The notes under the pieces are model-generated. The model was not told the origin of the DNA and did not search any database. It saw only the letters and a list, made by a program, of their open reading frames with translations. The position numbers and the translations under genes are program-made. Shown piece by piece: positions 18,394-27,629 of a stretch of 64,000 bases of DNA (its first letter is position 1; each line of letters starts with the position of its first letter). The DNA comes from a candidate division WWE3 bacterium RIFCSPHIGHO2_02_FULL_38_14 (lineage in GTDB: Bacteria > Patescibacteriota > WWE3 > UBA101185 > UBA10185): contig MEVD01000014.1 in NCBI GenBank assembly GCA_001772865.1, forward strand, positions 2,214-66,213. The letters run 5' to 3'.

Positions 18394-19519
18394 CTGTATT
18401 TTCCTCCTTAATTACATTACTTTCGATCGTCTGAGTTAGCTGTTTATACATTAATACCCATGTTGATTGTTTAAATACGGCAAATACTGCTCCAAAAGCC
18501 GAGAACAAAACTATTATACCCACAAATACCAATCCGCCTATTAACAAAACTAAAAATATCAGCGAGGGAACTAAAGCTGCTCCCATCATTCCGAATATTA
18601 CAGCAAACACCAATGGTAATACTATGATTGCGGATAAACATGTGACCAAACATCCAATACAGCAATTAACTATTCCCAGAACAACAACATCTAAAATATA
18701 TTTTTTGGCTGTATTAAAACCGTCAATAAAGGCATCTTTCCATTTTTTACCGCCTAAAACCATAGAAACCTTGCCCAGCACTGCACCAGCGTAAATAAGC
18801 AGCATAAATATAAAACTTGCAATCAGCATTATAAAACCTATTAATCCAAGCAAAATCGTGAGGGGTGGAAGAGCAAAACTCAATGCTATGATTAAAATGG
18901 ATAAACCTATTGGAAATACTGCTAGCAGAGTTGAAAATATATTTAATTTAATCAATTCAACTGTGTGTGGCCGGCCTAAGTCCGACATTTCCTTTATACC
19001 AATATTAACACCTAGTGATGTGGATTCAATTCCTTTAATTAATGAACAGGATGCCCAGCTTTTTATATAAAGTCCCAGTACTACCATCAAAAACAAAAAC
19101 GATCCAAAAGCTAGCGCCAGAAGCATCCAATAATATTTAGGAACATTTGTAACTGCCAAAAGAGAGGCAATTTCCATTTGATTAGATAATTCATTCGAAA
19201 AGCTGCTTCCCCTAAAATCACTATCATCTAAAAACGGGTTTTTTTCATAATCATCGGAATATTTAGAGAGGTAATCATCTATTTCTCTTAATCTGGTTTC
19301 CTCATCGTTTGACATCGGAAATCCGGGAATATCATAAACACTATTGCTTATATTCTTAAATTCCTTCTCATCTTTTTTGGAAAAATCGGAAAAATCCGAA
19401 TTGGAAAAAAAGTTAAAACTTGATCCGCCTACTAATAAAATCCCGAACACCCACAACCATTTGTTTTTAAGAGTTATTTTATATGATTCTTTAAGAATTT
19501 GCCCTAAGTCAGACTTCAT
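18383..19519 (-). CDS. Polytopic membrane protein, hypothetical
   Basis: At least 6 hydrophobic helices in the C-terminal half. Overlaps the RDD gene by 11 nt. Confidence 0.5.
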   Translation of the reverse strand: MKSDLGQILKESYKITLKNKWLWVFGILLVGGSSFNFFSNSDFSDFSKKDEKEFKNISNSVYDIPGFPMSNDEETRLREIDDYLSKYSDDYEKNPFLDDSDFRGSSFSNELSNQMEIASLLAVTNVPKYYWMLLALAFGSFLFLMVVLGLYIKSWASCSLIKGIESTSLGVNIGIKEMSDLGRPHTVELIKLNIFSTLLAVFPIGLSILIIALSFALPPLTILLGLIGFIMLIASFIFMLLIYAGAVLGKVSMVLGGKKWKDAFIDGFNTAKKYILDVVVLGIVNCCIGCLVTCLSAIIVLPLVFAVIFGMMGAALVPSLIFLVLLIGGLVFVGIIVLFSAFGAVFAVFKQSTWVLMYKQLTQTIESNVIKEENTDGK

Positions 19520-19548
19520 ATTTATAAATAGTATATTACTATCCTTGT

Positions 19549-20928
19549 CTAATTAATAACCTCATTAACCTTTTTAGACAATGCGCTTAGTTCATCGTTT
19601 AATTTTGAGTCTTCGTCTATAAATCTCCTGTCAGAGTCATCAAGCCATTGATGGTTCTCCATTTTGTTTACAATTCTTCTTACGCGTTCTGTTCTATAAT
19701 TAATTATTTCAATTACTCTATCTATATCTTTTTTATGTTCTCTGTAAAATTCTTCATAATCCTTTAATTCAATCCAACCGGGGCGTATATCCTGTAATCC
19801 TGCCAGCAGTTGCTTCCATGAATCAATTACATCTTTACCGTATTCGGGGGGAACATATCCCCCAAAATGAAGCACAATAATCTGAGTGGGACATCCCTCG
19901 ATTTCCCCTTCAAAAGAAGCAACACCGAAGTCGTCAAAATCCCCGTTTATAACAAACTTTTTCGACTCAGGAAATTCAAACAAATTTTCGATCAGTTCTT
20001 CAGCCTGATAATAACCTTGTACCGGAACTTCTCCCCATAAAACGTTTTCATATCCGGACTCGGACATAGCTGTCTTCAATGTATAACCGCTTTTTACCGC
20101 TTCACTTGAAAAATCATTGTACTTTAAAATATTGAATGCTCTTTTACTCGCAGAAGTTTCAAGCCTCGTGTCATATTTAAGATTTGAAAATCCGTTTTTT
20201 TCTCTTTCCACATTTAAAAGCTCTAAAAACTTTTTTCCGTCAAGTCTGATTTTAGATACTTCGCTTAGATCAAGAGAAGTATTTCTCCAATTTTTGTCTA
20301 AAGAACCCTTCTGCTCATTAATCGGTACAACATGGTCTATATCTTCCGCCTTTACAAAACCAATACCATGTCTGGAGTCCGAGCTTCCTTTCCTGTTATC
20401 TCCTAATACTATATAGCTGTCTTCAGGGATCTTAATCCCTTTACACTCTGTAATAAATTCTCCGCCGAAAGTAGAATGGGCTAAGTTGGTATATGGCTCT
20501 ACTAAAGGGTTGTTGTCTATGTACACCAATCCGTTTTTTATTAAAAACTCCTCGCCGGGAAGTCCGATTACACGCTTTATATACCCGGATTCATTTCCGT
20601 AAACTTCTTTGGTAATCTGTGCAACTTTATCGTTGCTAAACGATACTATATCGCCTCTTTGCATTTTGTAGCTTAGGTATTCATTAAACCCGAACTTTAT
20701 TCCCGACGGATATGCAGTCATATAGGCAAATCCTGCAATTTGATCTCCCAGATTCTTATCATCATTTCCATTGCCTTTTGGAAATGTCGGATACATAGAA
20801 CCTGTCCCTGCTACCGGAATTTTATTTTTAAGTGGCAAATTTATTTTTAGATACCCCGATACAAGATAATTGATGATTATTACAGGAATTACTATAAAAA
20901 AGAAGGTTTTTAAAAAAAACTTGCCCAT
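19549..20928 (-). CDS. lepB: Signal peptidase I (S26) fused to a C-terminal CAP/SCP/PR-1-like domain
   Basis: N-terminal TM helix. SPase boxes GTGSMYPTF and GDNRKGSSDSR. C-terminal ELLNVEREKNGFSNLKYDTRLETSASKRAFN ... YENVLWGE resembles the YkwD/CAP consensus. Confidence 0.7.
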   Translation of the reverse strand: MGKFFLKTFFFIVIPVIIINYLVSGYLKINLPLKNKIPVAGTGSMYPTFPKGNGNDDKNLGDQIAGFAYMTAYPSGIKFGFNEYLSYKMQRGDIVSFSNDKVAQITKEVYGNESGYIKRVIGLPGEEFLIKNGLVYIDNNPLVEPYTNLAHSTFGGEFITECKGIKIPEDSYIVLGDNRKGSSDSRHGIGFVKAEDIDHVVPINEQKGSLDKNWRNTSLDLSEVSKIRLDGKKFLELLNVEREKNGFSNLKYDTRLETSASKRAFNILKYNDFSSEAVKSGYTLKTAMSESGYENVLWGEVPVQGYYQAEELIENLFEFPESKKFVINGDFDDFGVASFEGEIEGCPTQIIVLHFGGYVPPEYGKDVIDSWKQLLAGLQDIRPGWIELKDYEEFYREHKKDIDRVIEIINYRTERVRRIVNKMENHQWLDDSDRRFIDEDSKLNDELSALSKKVNEVIN

Positions 20929-20970
20929 ATTCGGCTCCTTAGATAATATCGTAACTTAATGACGGCAATT

Positions 20971-23520
20971 CTACAATTTTGCTTTCTTTGATAACGATTC
21001 TAATTTAGCACCGGACGAGCGGCTATAAAACAGCACTTTAACTGTCTCCGTCACAGCAAAATAAACCATAACCAAACTTAATATTAAAATCAAATTCTCC
21101 GTTTTCGGGGCTTCGAATTTAAAGAAATTATTGCCGAAAACCGAGTAAGGTAAAATTAATGTTGTCATGACAGCAGGAATACTTAATAAAAGTATCATCT
21201 TTGAAGGAAACTTAGACTTTAAGAAAAATAGTTTTGTCCTTACAGAGAAAATAAATACCAATTCAGTAAGTACACTGCCTATAAACCAGCTTGTCTGCAG
21301 TATGCCCGGTCCTTTAGTTGAAAATACGGCAAAAAACAATAAATCAAACACTGTGCTAATTATACCTAAAAGAGAGGTAATTAAAGCAAATTCTTTTATA
21401 TCAAATTTTGGGGGTTTCTTAAGCTCTGCATCATCAACGTTATCGCTTGCAATTGAAATCATCGGAAAATCGCTCAGTAAATTTAACAAAAGCATCTGAA
21501 CAGGAAGCATCGGGAGATAATCAACAAATAGAGTAGCAATTGCTACAGCATAAAAATTTCCAAAATTCGATGCCAAAGTAGCTTTAATATATTTTTTGGT
21601 GTTGGCAAATACCTTTCTTCCTTCTTTAATACCGTCAATAATAACTTCCAAACTCTTTTTAAGTAAAATTACATCGGAAGATTCCCTGGCAATATCAGAT
21701 GCACCCTGTACAACAATTCCGACGTTTGCAACTTTTAACGCCGGCGCATCATTTATTCCTTCACCTAAAAATCCTACTAAATAATTGACTTGAAGTGCTT
21801 TAATAATTTTATATTTTTGCACGGGGGAAAGCCTGGCAAAAACATTATATTCATCACATTTTTTTATTAACTCATATTCATCCAGCTCATCTATTTCTGA
21901 ACCAAGTAATACTTTGGAAGAAGCATTTATAAGTTTAGTTCTAAAACCGACAGCGCCTGCTATTTCTCTGCTGTCTCCGGTTAATATTTTTATTTGAACT
22001 CCTAAATTTTCCGCATCTTCAATTGCTCGATAGGTTGATTTCTTTACCGGATCCTCAAAAGCTATTACTCCAATAAAAGTAAAATTATTCTTTTCATCGT
22101 CTTCACTATAATTTTGGGCATCCTCGAATTTTTTTGAAACCAAAGCCAAGGTTCTTCTGCCTTCTAATCCTTTTTCTTTAGTCCAATTTAATATATTCTG
22201 CGCTTCATCCGGTGCAATTTCACATGATTTACATAATTCTTCCGGAGCGCCGCGTAGTATCAACTCGTAATTCTCGTTTAATTTAACTAAAACACTGTTC
22301 TTTTTTCTTTCAGGATCAAACGGTATTTCATCTATTTTCTGCACTTTCTCAAGAATCTGCTTTTTTTCAGACGTTATTTTCTCCAATATTGCTAAATCAA
22401 AAGAATTATTAGAATCTTTGTGTTTTGCGTTCAAATTGCTCGCCATTCCGGCGTAAAATAATGTTTTGGTGTTATCCTGCCCGTAAAAGTGCGAAACCGT
22501 TAATTTGTTTTCAGTTAAAGTTCCCGTTTTATCTGTACACAGAATTTGAATGCCACCTAAATCTTCTATAGAAGCAAGTCTTTTAACTATAACTTTATTT
22601 TTCGCCAAATCCAGTGCACCTTTGGATAACGAAAAAACTGTTACAACCGGAAGCGCCTCTGGAATAACACTTACCGCTAAAGCAACCGAAAATATCAGCA
22701 GATCAGTAATTTGTGAAGTACCTTTAACGGCTATATTAACAACAAAGACTATAGCTAGCGTAACCACTACAATTTTTAAAATAAAACGGCTTAACTTTGA
22801 AGTTTCCTGATCAAAAACAGACTCTCTAAAAGTTTCATCGGAAAGTTTTGCGATATTTCCCATTTCCGTATTTTTACCTGTTGATATTACAAGGGCTTCC
22901 GCCCTTCCCGAAGAAACTTTTGTACCGGAAAACCCTAAATTCCTCGCTTCGAAAATTCCTTCAATGCTTCCACTTATTGGTAGTGAGTTTTTCTTAACAC
23001 TAATTGATTCACCGCTTAACACAGATTCATCAACTGTAAAATCGTGGTCATTTACTATTTTTATATCCGCCGGTATAATTTCTCCGGCCTCCAATAATAT
23101 TAAGTCCCCGGGAACCAGGTTCTCACTAAATTCTTCCACTAATTTTCCATTTCTTTTGATTTTTGATTTTGAAACTACATATTTCTTCAAAAGCTCTACA
23201 GCCTTTTCCGACCTGTATTCCTGATAAAAACCCAGAATTGCATCAAGTAGCACGAAGACAAATATTATAATTGAGTCAAGTTTTTCGCCTAATATATAAG
23301 ATAATGCCGCTGCTGCAAGCAATAGATAAACAAAAGACGATTTAAACTGCCTTACCAAAATGTGCCACCATTCAAGTTTATTACCTTCATATGCATTCTT
23401 TCCGTATTGTTGAAGTCGAATTTCTACTTCCAAACTTGTCAAACCGGAATTGAGGTCGGTTTTTAATTCAGTCACCGCTTGGGTTGGTGACAAGGAAATG
23501 AACTTATTATTATAAGCCAT
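20971..23520 (-). CDS. P-type cation-transporting ATPase, Ca2+/Mg2+-type (P2/P3-like)
   Basis: Cation_ATPase_N-like start; phosphorylation motif CTDKTGTLT; TGD and GEGINDAPALK motifs; 8-10 TM helices. Confidence 0.85.
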   Translation of the reverse strand: MAYNNKFISLSPTQAVTELKTDLNSGLTSLEVEIRLQQYGKNAYEGNKLEWWHILVRQFKSSFVYLLLAAAALSYILGEKLDSIIIFVFVLLDAILGFYQEYRSEKAVELLKKYVVSKSKIKRNGKLVEEFSENLVPGDLILLEAGEIIPADIKIVNDHDFTVDESVLSGESISVKKNSLPISGSIEGIFEARNLGFSGTKVSSGRAEALVISTGKNTEMGNIAKLSDETFRESVFDQETSKLSRFILKIVVVTLAIVFVVNIAVKGTSQITDLLIFSVALAVSVIPEALPVVTVFSLSKGALDLAKNKVIVKRLASIEDLGGIQILCTDKTGTLTENKLTVSHFYGQDNTKTLFYAGMASNLNAKHKDSNNSFDLAILEKITSEKKQILEKVQKIDEIPFDPERKKNSVLVKLNENYELILRGAPEELCKSCEIAPDEAQNILNWTKEKGLEGRRTLALVSKKFEDAQNYSEDDEKNNFTFIGVIAFEDPVKKSTYRAIEDAENLGVQIKILTGDSREIAGAVGFRTKLINASSKVLLGSEIDELDEYELIKKCDEYNVFARLSPVQKYKIIKALQVNYLVGFLGEGINDAPALKVANVGIVVQGASDIARESSDVILLKKSLEVIIDGIKEGRKVFANTKKYIKATLASNFGNFYAVAIATLFVDYLPMLPVQMLLLNLLSDFPMISIASDNVDDAELKKPPKFDIKEFALITSLLGIISTVFDLLFFAVFSTKGPGILQTSWFIGSVLTELVFIFSVRTKLFFLKSKFPSKMILLLSIPAVMTTLILPYSVFGNNFFKFEAPKTENLILILSLVMVYFAVTETVKVLFYSRSSGAKLESLSKKAKL

Positions 23521-23654
23521 AAATTAATTATGAATTAGTATTTAATAAAGGCAAGTATCATACAGATTATAAAACCGGGCATTTTTATATATCAAATAGC
23601 AATTTTTTTACATAATAATAGTAATACGACCGCATTTCTGGTTAAATTATTAGT

Positions 23655-24341
23655 ATGAAAAAGGTCATTTCATATTTAGCGGCGTTACTTATATTTTTAA
23701 CCATCGGTTTTGGAGTTTATTTGAATATTAATGAAAAGCTTTCTATAGACAGAACTAAAATCCCCGAAAAAGTTGAGACTAGCAAAGGATTTCAAAAATG
23801 GATTACTAATGCCAAAAACAAAGGATTTGAAATTGAAGCCGATGAATTCAACTTAATAGAAGAAAATGAGGTTTATAACACTAAATGGATAAAAATATAT
23901 TCTCTTGACGAACCCGGAAATAAAGAAATACTGGATAAAACCCTTCAGGAGCACCAGGATATTAAAAAAGTAGTTTTTTCCCCAAATGACAGGGAATTCA
24001 TAGATTACAGAACAGAAGACCGCAACGGACTCGCTCCAAATGAAGCACGATTGTACGGACAAAGAGAAGACAAAATACTGGACGCCAGAATTTTAGACTG
24101 CTCAATAAAGGCGAACTGCTATTTTGACAGAGCTTACTTTTTAGATAATGACGTTTTTGTGATTTCAGAAATTTCCAGAACAATAGACAAAAAAGACGAA
24201 ACAGCCATTGACTGCCTGCCGGAAGACGAATGCCAGTATTCGTTTAAACTGCATGTGATAGATTTGATAAATAATAAAAGGTTTGTTTACGAATCAACTT
24301 CTTTTAGTGTTGTTTTGAGTGTGGTTCTACCGGAGTTATAA
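23655..24341 (+). CDS. Hypothetical secreted or membrane-anchored protein
   Basis: N-terminal hydrophobic helix; no recognised domain. Confidence 0.5.
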   Translation: MKKVISYLAALLIFLTIGFGVYLNINEKLSIDRTKIPEKVETSKGFQKWITNAKNKGFEIEADEFNLIEENEVYNTKWIKIYSLDEPGNKEILDKTLQEHQDIKKVVFSPNDREFIDYRTEDRNGLAPNEARLYGQREDKILDARILDCSIKANCYFDRAYFLDNDVFVISEISRTIDKKDETAIDCLPEDECQYSFKLHVIDLINNKRFVYESTSFSVVLSVVLPEL

Positions 24342-24407
24342 ATTCAGAACCTTATTACTTTATTACCAGAATTTCAATTGATAGAAAATTAAATATCTGA
24401 ATTATGA

Positions 24408-24440
24408 AGCTTGCGGCTAGGTGGGGGATAGCCGCAAGCT
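24408..24440. terminator. Perfect 12-bp stem hairpin (AGCTTGCGGCTA / TAGCCGCAAGCT, 9-nt G-rich loop) between convergent genes. Possible bidirectional terminator.
   Basis: Inverted repeat read directly. There is an A/T-rich tract on the minus-strand side only. Confidence 0.4.
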
Positions 24441-24459
24441 ATACTGTCTTGGTCGTTCA

Positions 24460-24879
24460 CTAAATTGGAGCGGGAAGGAGGTGCGCAGGTCCTTCTTTAG
24501 CAATTGGTAAGCGTTTGTAATACAACCTACCGTTGCATTGTTTTATAGAGATATGACCATACCCCAGAAGGAAAACACCACTTGTATGACTCACTTCCAC
24601 ATCTACAGGTGTACCCCCTTCTTTAGGAATAGCCATTTGACCGTTGCCCAAGGGTACTTCTCTATCTGGTAAACTCAACCACACTTCCATTGTTGAGACA
24701 CCAGCACGCAAATAGACAGAGTACACCCCCCACTCTTCGTACGCCTCAATCAATGCAACTTCGTCCTCGACAGGCTCCCACCCATCCCCCCAGCAAGTGG
24801 GACCTGCTGGAACCCCGTTGCACGCTGCAAGAAGCAGGCAGCAGAAAACTAACCATATCAGTAGCTTGGAACGAAACAT
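24460..24879 (-). CDS. Putative lipoprotein, 139 aa, in a GC-atypical segment
   Basis: Signal peptide with lipobox LLAAC. Local GC is about 50% against ~35% in the flanks. Confidence 0.4.
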   Translation of the reverse strand: MFRSKLLIWLVFCCLLLAACNGVPAGPTCWGDGWEPVEDEVALIEAYEEWGVYSVYLRAGVSTMEVWLSLPDREVPLGNGQMAIPKEGGTPVDVEVSHTSGVFLLGYGHISIKQCNGRLYYKRLPIAKEGPAHLLPAPI

Positions 24880-24997
24880 GTTTCTCTCACTTTCATGTTA
24901 TAGGATAACTAGGATTATACATATTTATACATTAAGAAACAACGATTATAGGTTAATTCGGTTAGTAGAATCCCAATATGATAAAATCAAGCAATAC

Positions 24998-25074
24998 CGG
25001 GGCATGGCGCAGTTGGCTAGCGCGCATGGTTTGGGACCATGAGGTCAGAGGTTCAAGTCCTCTTGCCCCGACCA
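24998..25074 (+). tRNA. tRNA-Pro (anticodon TGG)
   Basis: Acceptor CGGGGCA/TGCCCCG, anticodon stem-loop CATGG TTTGGGA CCATG, T-arm AGAGGTTCAAGTCCTCT, CCA encoded. Confidence 0.9.
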
Positions 25075-25100
25075 ATAAACTTAGTTGTTGCATCCAAAAT

Positions 25101-25490
25101 ATGAAATTTTATATAGCTTCTAGGTTAAAAAACAAACAATTAGTTAAAGAAATACACGATAAGTTGGAAAGAAACGGACATGAGATTATATCTACCTGGA
25201 TAAGAGAAAAAAATATTATGCCGTACGAAATGTACGAAAAAGCAGCAAAAGAAAGAGCAATCCAATGTATAAAAGAAATCGGCAAATGTGATATTTTTAT
25301 ACTGATAACGGATAGTGAGGGTGCAGGTATGTATACAGAATTAGGAGTCGCAATACAGTCAATAAATATAAAAAACACACCAAAAATATATGTAATAGGA
25401 AACCATTTAACACGTTCAATGTTCTTCTTTTATCCGAATGTCAAAAGATTTAAAACTTTTGATGGGGTTTTGGAGGATATAAATAATTAA
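25101..25490 (+). CDS. Nucleoside 2-deoxyribosyltransferase-like (NDT/SLOG-type Rossmann) protein, 129 aa
   Basis: MKFYIAS start and CDIFILITDSEGAGMYTELGVAI...KIYVIG match the NDT-like fold signature. The ORF-track start at 24978 overlaps the tRNA and is rejected in favour of the Met at 25101. Confidence 0.55.
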   Translation: MKFYIASRLKNKQLVKEIHDKLERNGHEIISTWIREKNIMPYEMYEKAAKERAIQCIKEIGKCDIFILITDSEGAGMYTELGVAIQSINIKNTPKIYVIGNHLTRSMFFFYPNVKRFKTFDGVLEDINN

Positions 25491-25534
25491 ATGCATCATA
25501 AACCGCAGTTTATAAATATAATGTACAAAATACA

Positions 25535-26290
25535 ATGAAAATAATTCACAGACCGAAATTTAAACATGAAGCAAGTATACTTCCTATAGAATTAAATTCA
25601 GAAGTTGAAAGAATTCTCAAATTAAATGTTTTACCAAGGAATCACTTTTGGACCGGAACCATGTCGGGAATTGCAAATTTTAAATTTCTATTTTCTGAAA
25701 AAGCAAGCTATTCTAATCCTTTTAATATTGTTCAAACAGATAAATATGTGGCTAGTTCAGATGATAGTAGATATTTTTATTATATTTATCAGACTTCTCC
25801 AATAGAAGAGAATGCATTAACATACCTAATTTCACCATACCGCGACCTGATATCTTCAAAAGCTGATCAAATTGCTAAGTGGGGAACTTATAGCCCAAAT
25901 GTGTATAAACTTAATTCTCTGAAAGAAATGTTGCCTATATATCCGGGATTTGAAAAATCATTTACACAGCTGTCTTTAACTAATATCCAAGGTATATTTA
26001 AGAATCCGAAGGAAGATCTATTTACACATGAAAATTATTTCTGCACCCATAGACTTGCTTCTTTTATGCTAAGGGAAGTATATGATTTTAAAACAAAAGA
26101 TGGACAAATATTAAGCTTTAAACTTTTTACACATCATCACTTTCACTTAAGAAAATATATTTTAGAAATTATGCCTAAAGATGAAAAAGGTGGGCTAAAG
26201 TATTTTGACGATTTGCGATATAGTGAATCTAATGACTCTTGGTATGCCAATTATCACAAAATGAACGGACCTTTTTCCACAAACATATAA
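25535..26290 (+). CDS. Hypothetical protein, 251 aa
   Basis: ORF with no recognised motifs, 44 nt downstream of the NDT-like gene. Confidence 0.5.
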   Translation: MKIIHRPKFKHEASILPIELNSEVERILKLNVLPRNHFWTGTMSGIANFKFLFSEKASYSNPFNIVQTDKYVASSDDSRYFYYIYQTSPIEENALTYLISPYRDLISSKADQIAKWGTYSPNVYKLNSLKEMLPIYPGFEKSFTQLSLTNIQGIFKNPKEDLFTHENYFCTHRLASFMLREVYDFKTKDGQILSFKLFTHHHFHLRKYILEIMPKDEKGGLKYFDDLRYSESNDSWYANYHKMNGPFSTNI

Positions 26291-26306
26291 AGGTCTCAAC
26301 AGTTAT

Positions 26307-26984
26307 TTAGCTTTTCAAATAAGCCACAACAGGAGACTGGCCATAAGGGTTTTCAACAACTTTTTCAAATTTCAATCCTAATCTTTGCAGCTGGTTAATT
26401 TTTTTCATATTTTCCGAATTTTCTTTGCAGTAAAAACCGAGTATTAATCGGCCATTCGGATTTAACCGTGTCTGCTTTAACCACCCGACTGGAGTAAGGG
26501 AATCTATAGTATTAAATTCCCAGTTATCCCAGACATTCCAGTAAATATAATCAAAATTTGTTGGAAAACAATAATTGGAAAATATTTCAATATGTTTTAT
26601 TAAAGGCCAGTGACACAAACCGAAAGGAATTAATTGACCTGTTGAATAAAGCTCATTCAATGGAAGATGAAGGAAATTGTTTTTATATTCAGGAAAAAGA
26701 ACCTTGCAGTCTTTTATATGTTCCAAATCTGAATCAATTCCATAAGGTATCAGGTTTACTTTAGTCCATTCTTTTAGACACAAAAGTAAAAAACCGTTGG
26801 CACACCCAATATCAAGAAATGTTCCCCCCTGATCAATCGCATCTGCTATAAAAGAACGGTGTTTAAACCAAATCTCAAAAGTGCTATTCCGAAAGTGACA
26901 ACCTTCGAGAAGTGAGCTGATTTTTGGGCTGTCATTCAATAAGTCATTAAAGTATTTAGAGTAATTAGTATTAATTACTGACAT
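26307..26984 (-). CDS. Class I SAM-dependent methyltransferase
   Basis: Motif I FLDIGCANGF. Confidence 0.6.
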   Translation of the reverse strand: MSVINTNYSKYFNDLLNDSPKISSLLEGCHFRNSTFEIWFKHRSFIADAIDQGGTFLDIGCANGFLLLCLKEWTKVNLIPYGIDSDLEHIKDCKVLFPEYKNNFLHLPLNELYSTGQLIPFGLCHWPLIKHIEIFSNYCFPTNFDYIYWNVWDNWEFNTIDSLTPVGWLKQTRLNPNGRLILGFYCKENSENMKKINQLQRLGLKFEKVVENPYGQSPVVAYLKS

Positions 26985-27208
26985 TACTTTCTTTCATTAA
27001 AATAACGGAAAGTATCAAAATACATACCCCGTCAATCCAATTAAAGGCACCGGAATACCGGCAAAAGTGGACACTTCACCTTTAGTTACGGCATAGCAAT
27101 TTATAGTTTCGCTAATATCGCACGGTTGAAATTCAGGTCTTACAATAAAACCATAAAGCAGGTAAAATTTTGTTAATTCCAGCTTTATAAAACTATTTTG
27201 TAGAAATT

Positions 27209-27583
27209 TTACAAGTAAGACTGAATCTTATTAACCATCTGCTCTAAAGAAACATCTGTCTTGATGATAAAGTCTATAACACCCATATCCGTACATCTTT
27301 TCTTATCTGCAGGATCATCCCTTACCGTAACAACTATAACAGGAAGCTGACTTGTATTGCTATCGGCTTTTAATGCCTCCAAAAACTTGAATCCGTCCAA
27401 GCGGGGGAGCAACAAATCCAAAACTATCAGATCAGGTCTGAAATGCTTTAATTTTTCTAAAGCTTCCAAACCATCGTAGGCAAATTCCACTTTATACCCT
27501 AAATTAGTCAGCCTAACCCAATATGCAGTGGTTAGGTCGTGTTCATCCTCAATTACTAATATTTTCTTGGCTATCTTTTCCAT
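27209..27583 (-). CDS. Stand-alone response regulator receiver (CheY-like) protein
   Basis: ILVIEDE...DLIVLDLLLPRLDGF...K; no output domain. Confidence 0.8.
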   Translation of the reverse strand: MEKIAKKILVIEDEHDLTTAYWVRLTNLGYKVEFAYDGLEALEKLKHFRPDLIVLDLLLPRLDGFKFLEALKADSNTSQLPVIVVTVRDDPADKKRCTDMGVIDFIIKTDVSLEQMVNKIQSYL

Positions 27584-27629
27584 ATATTACTAAGATTATA
27601 CTACTACACGTCCAATTTCCTCTACAATT

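Noticed and set aside
24690-25042. Plus-strand ORFs 24690..24908 and 24797..25042 in the GC-rich segment
   Set aside because: They overlap the minus-strand lipoprotein ORF and the tRNA-Pro. Their low-complexity R/Q/P-rich translations are typical of out-of-frame GC-rich DNA.
24978-25100. ORF-track start at 24978 for the 170-aa protein
   Set aside because: The first 41 codons overlap tRNA-Pro (24998..25074). An internal Met at 25101 gives a 129-aa protein that begins exactly with the NDT-like fold.
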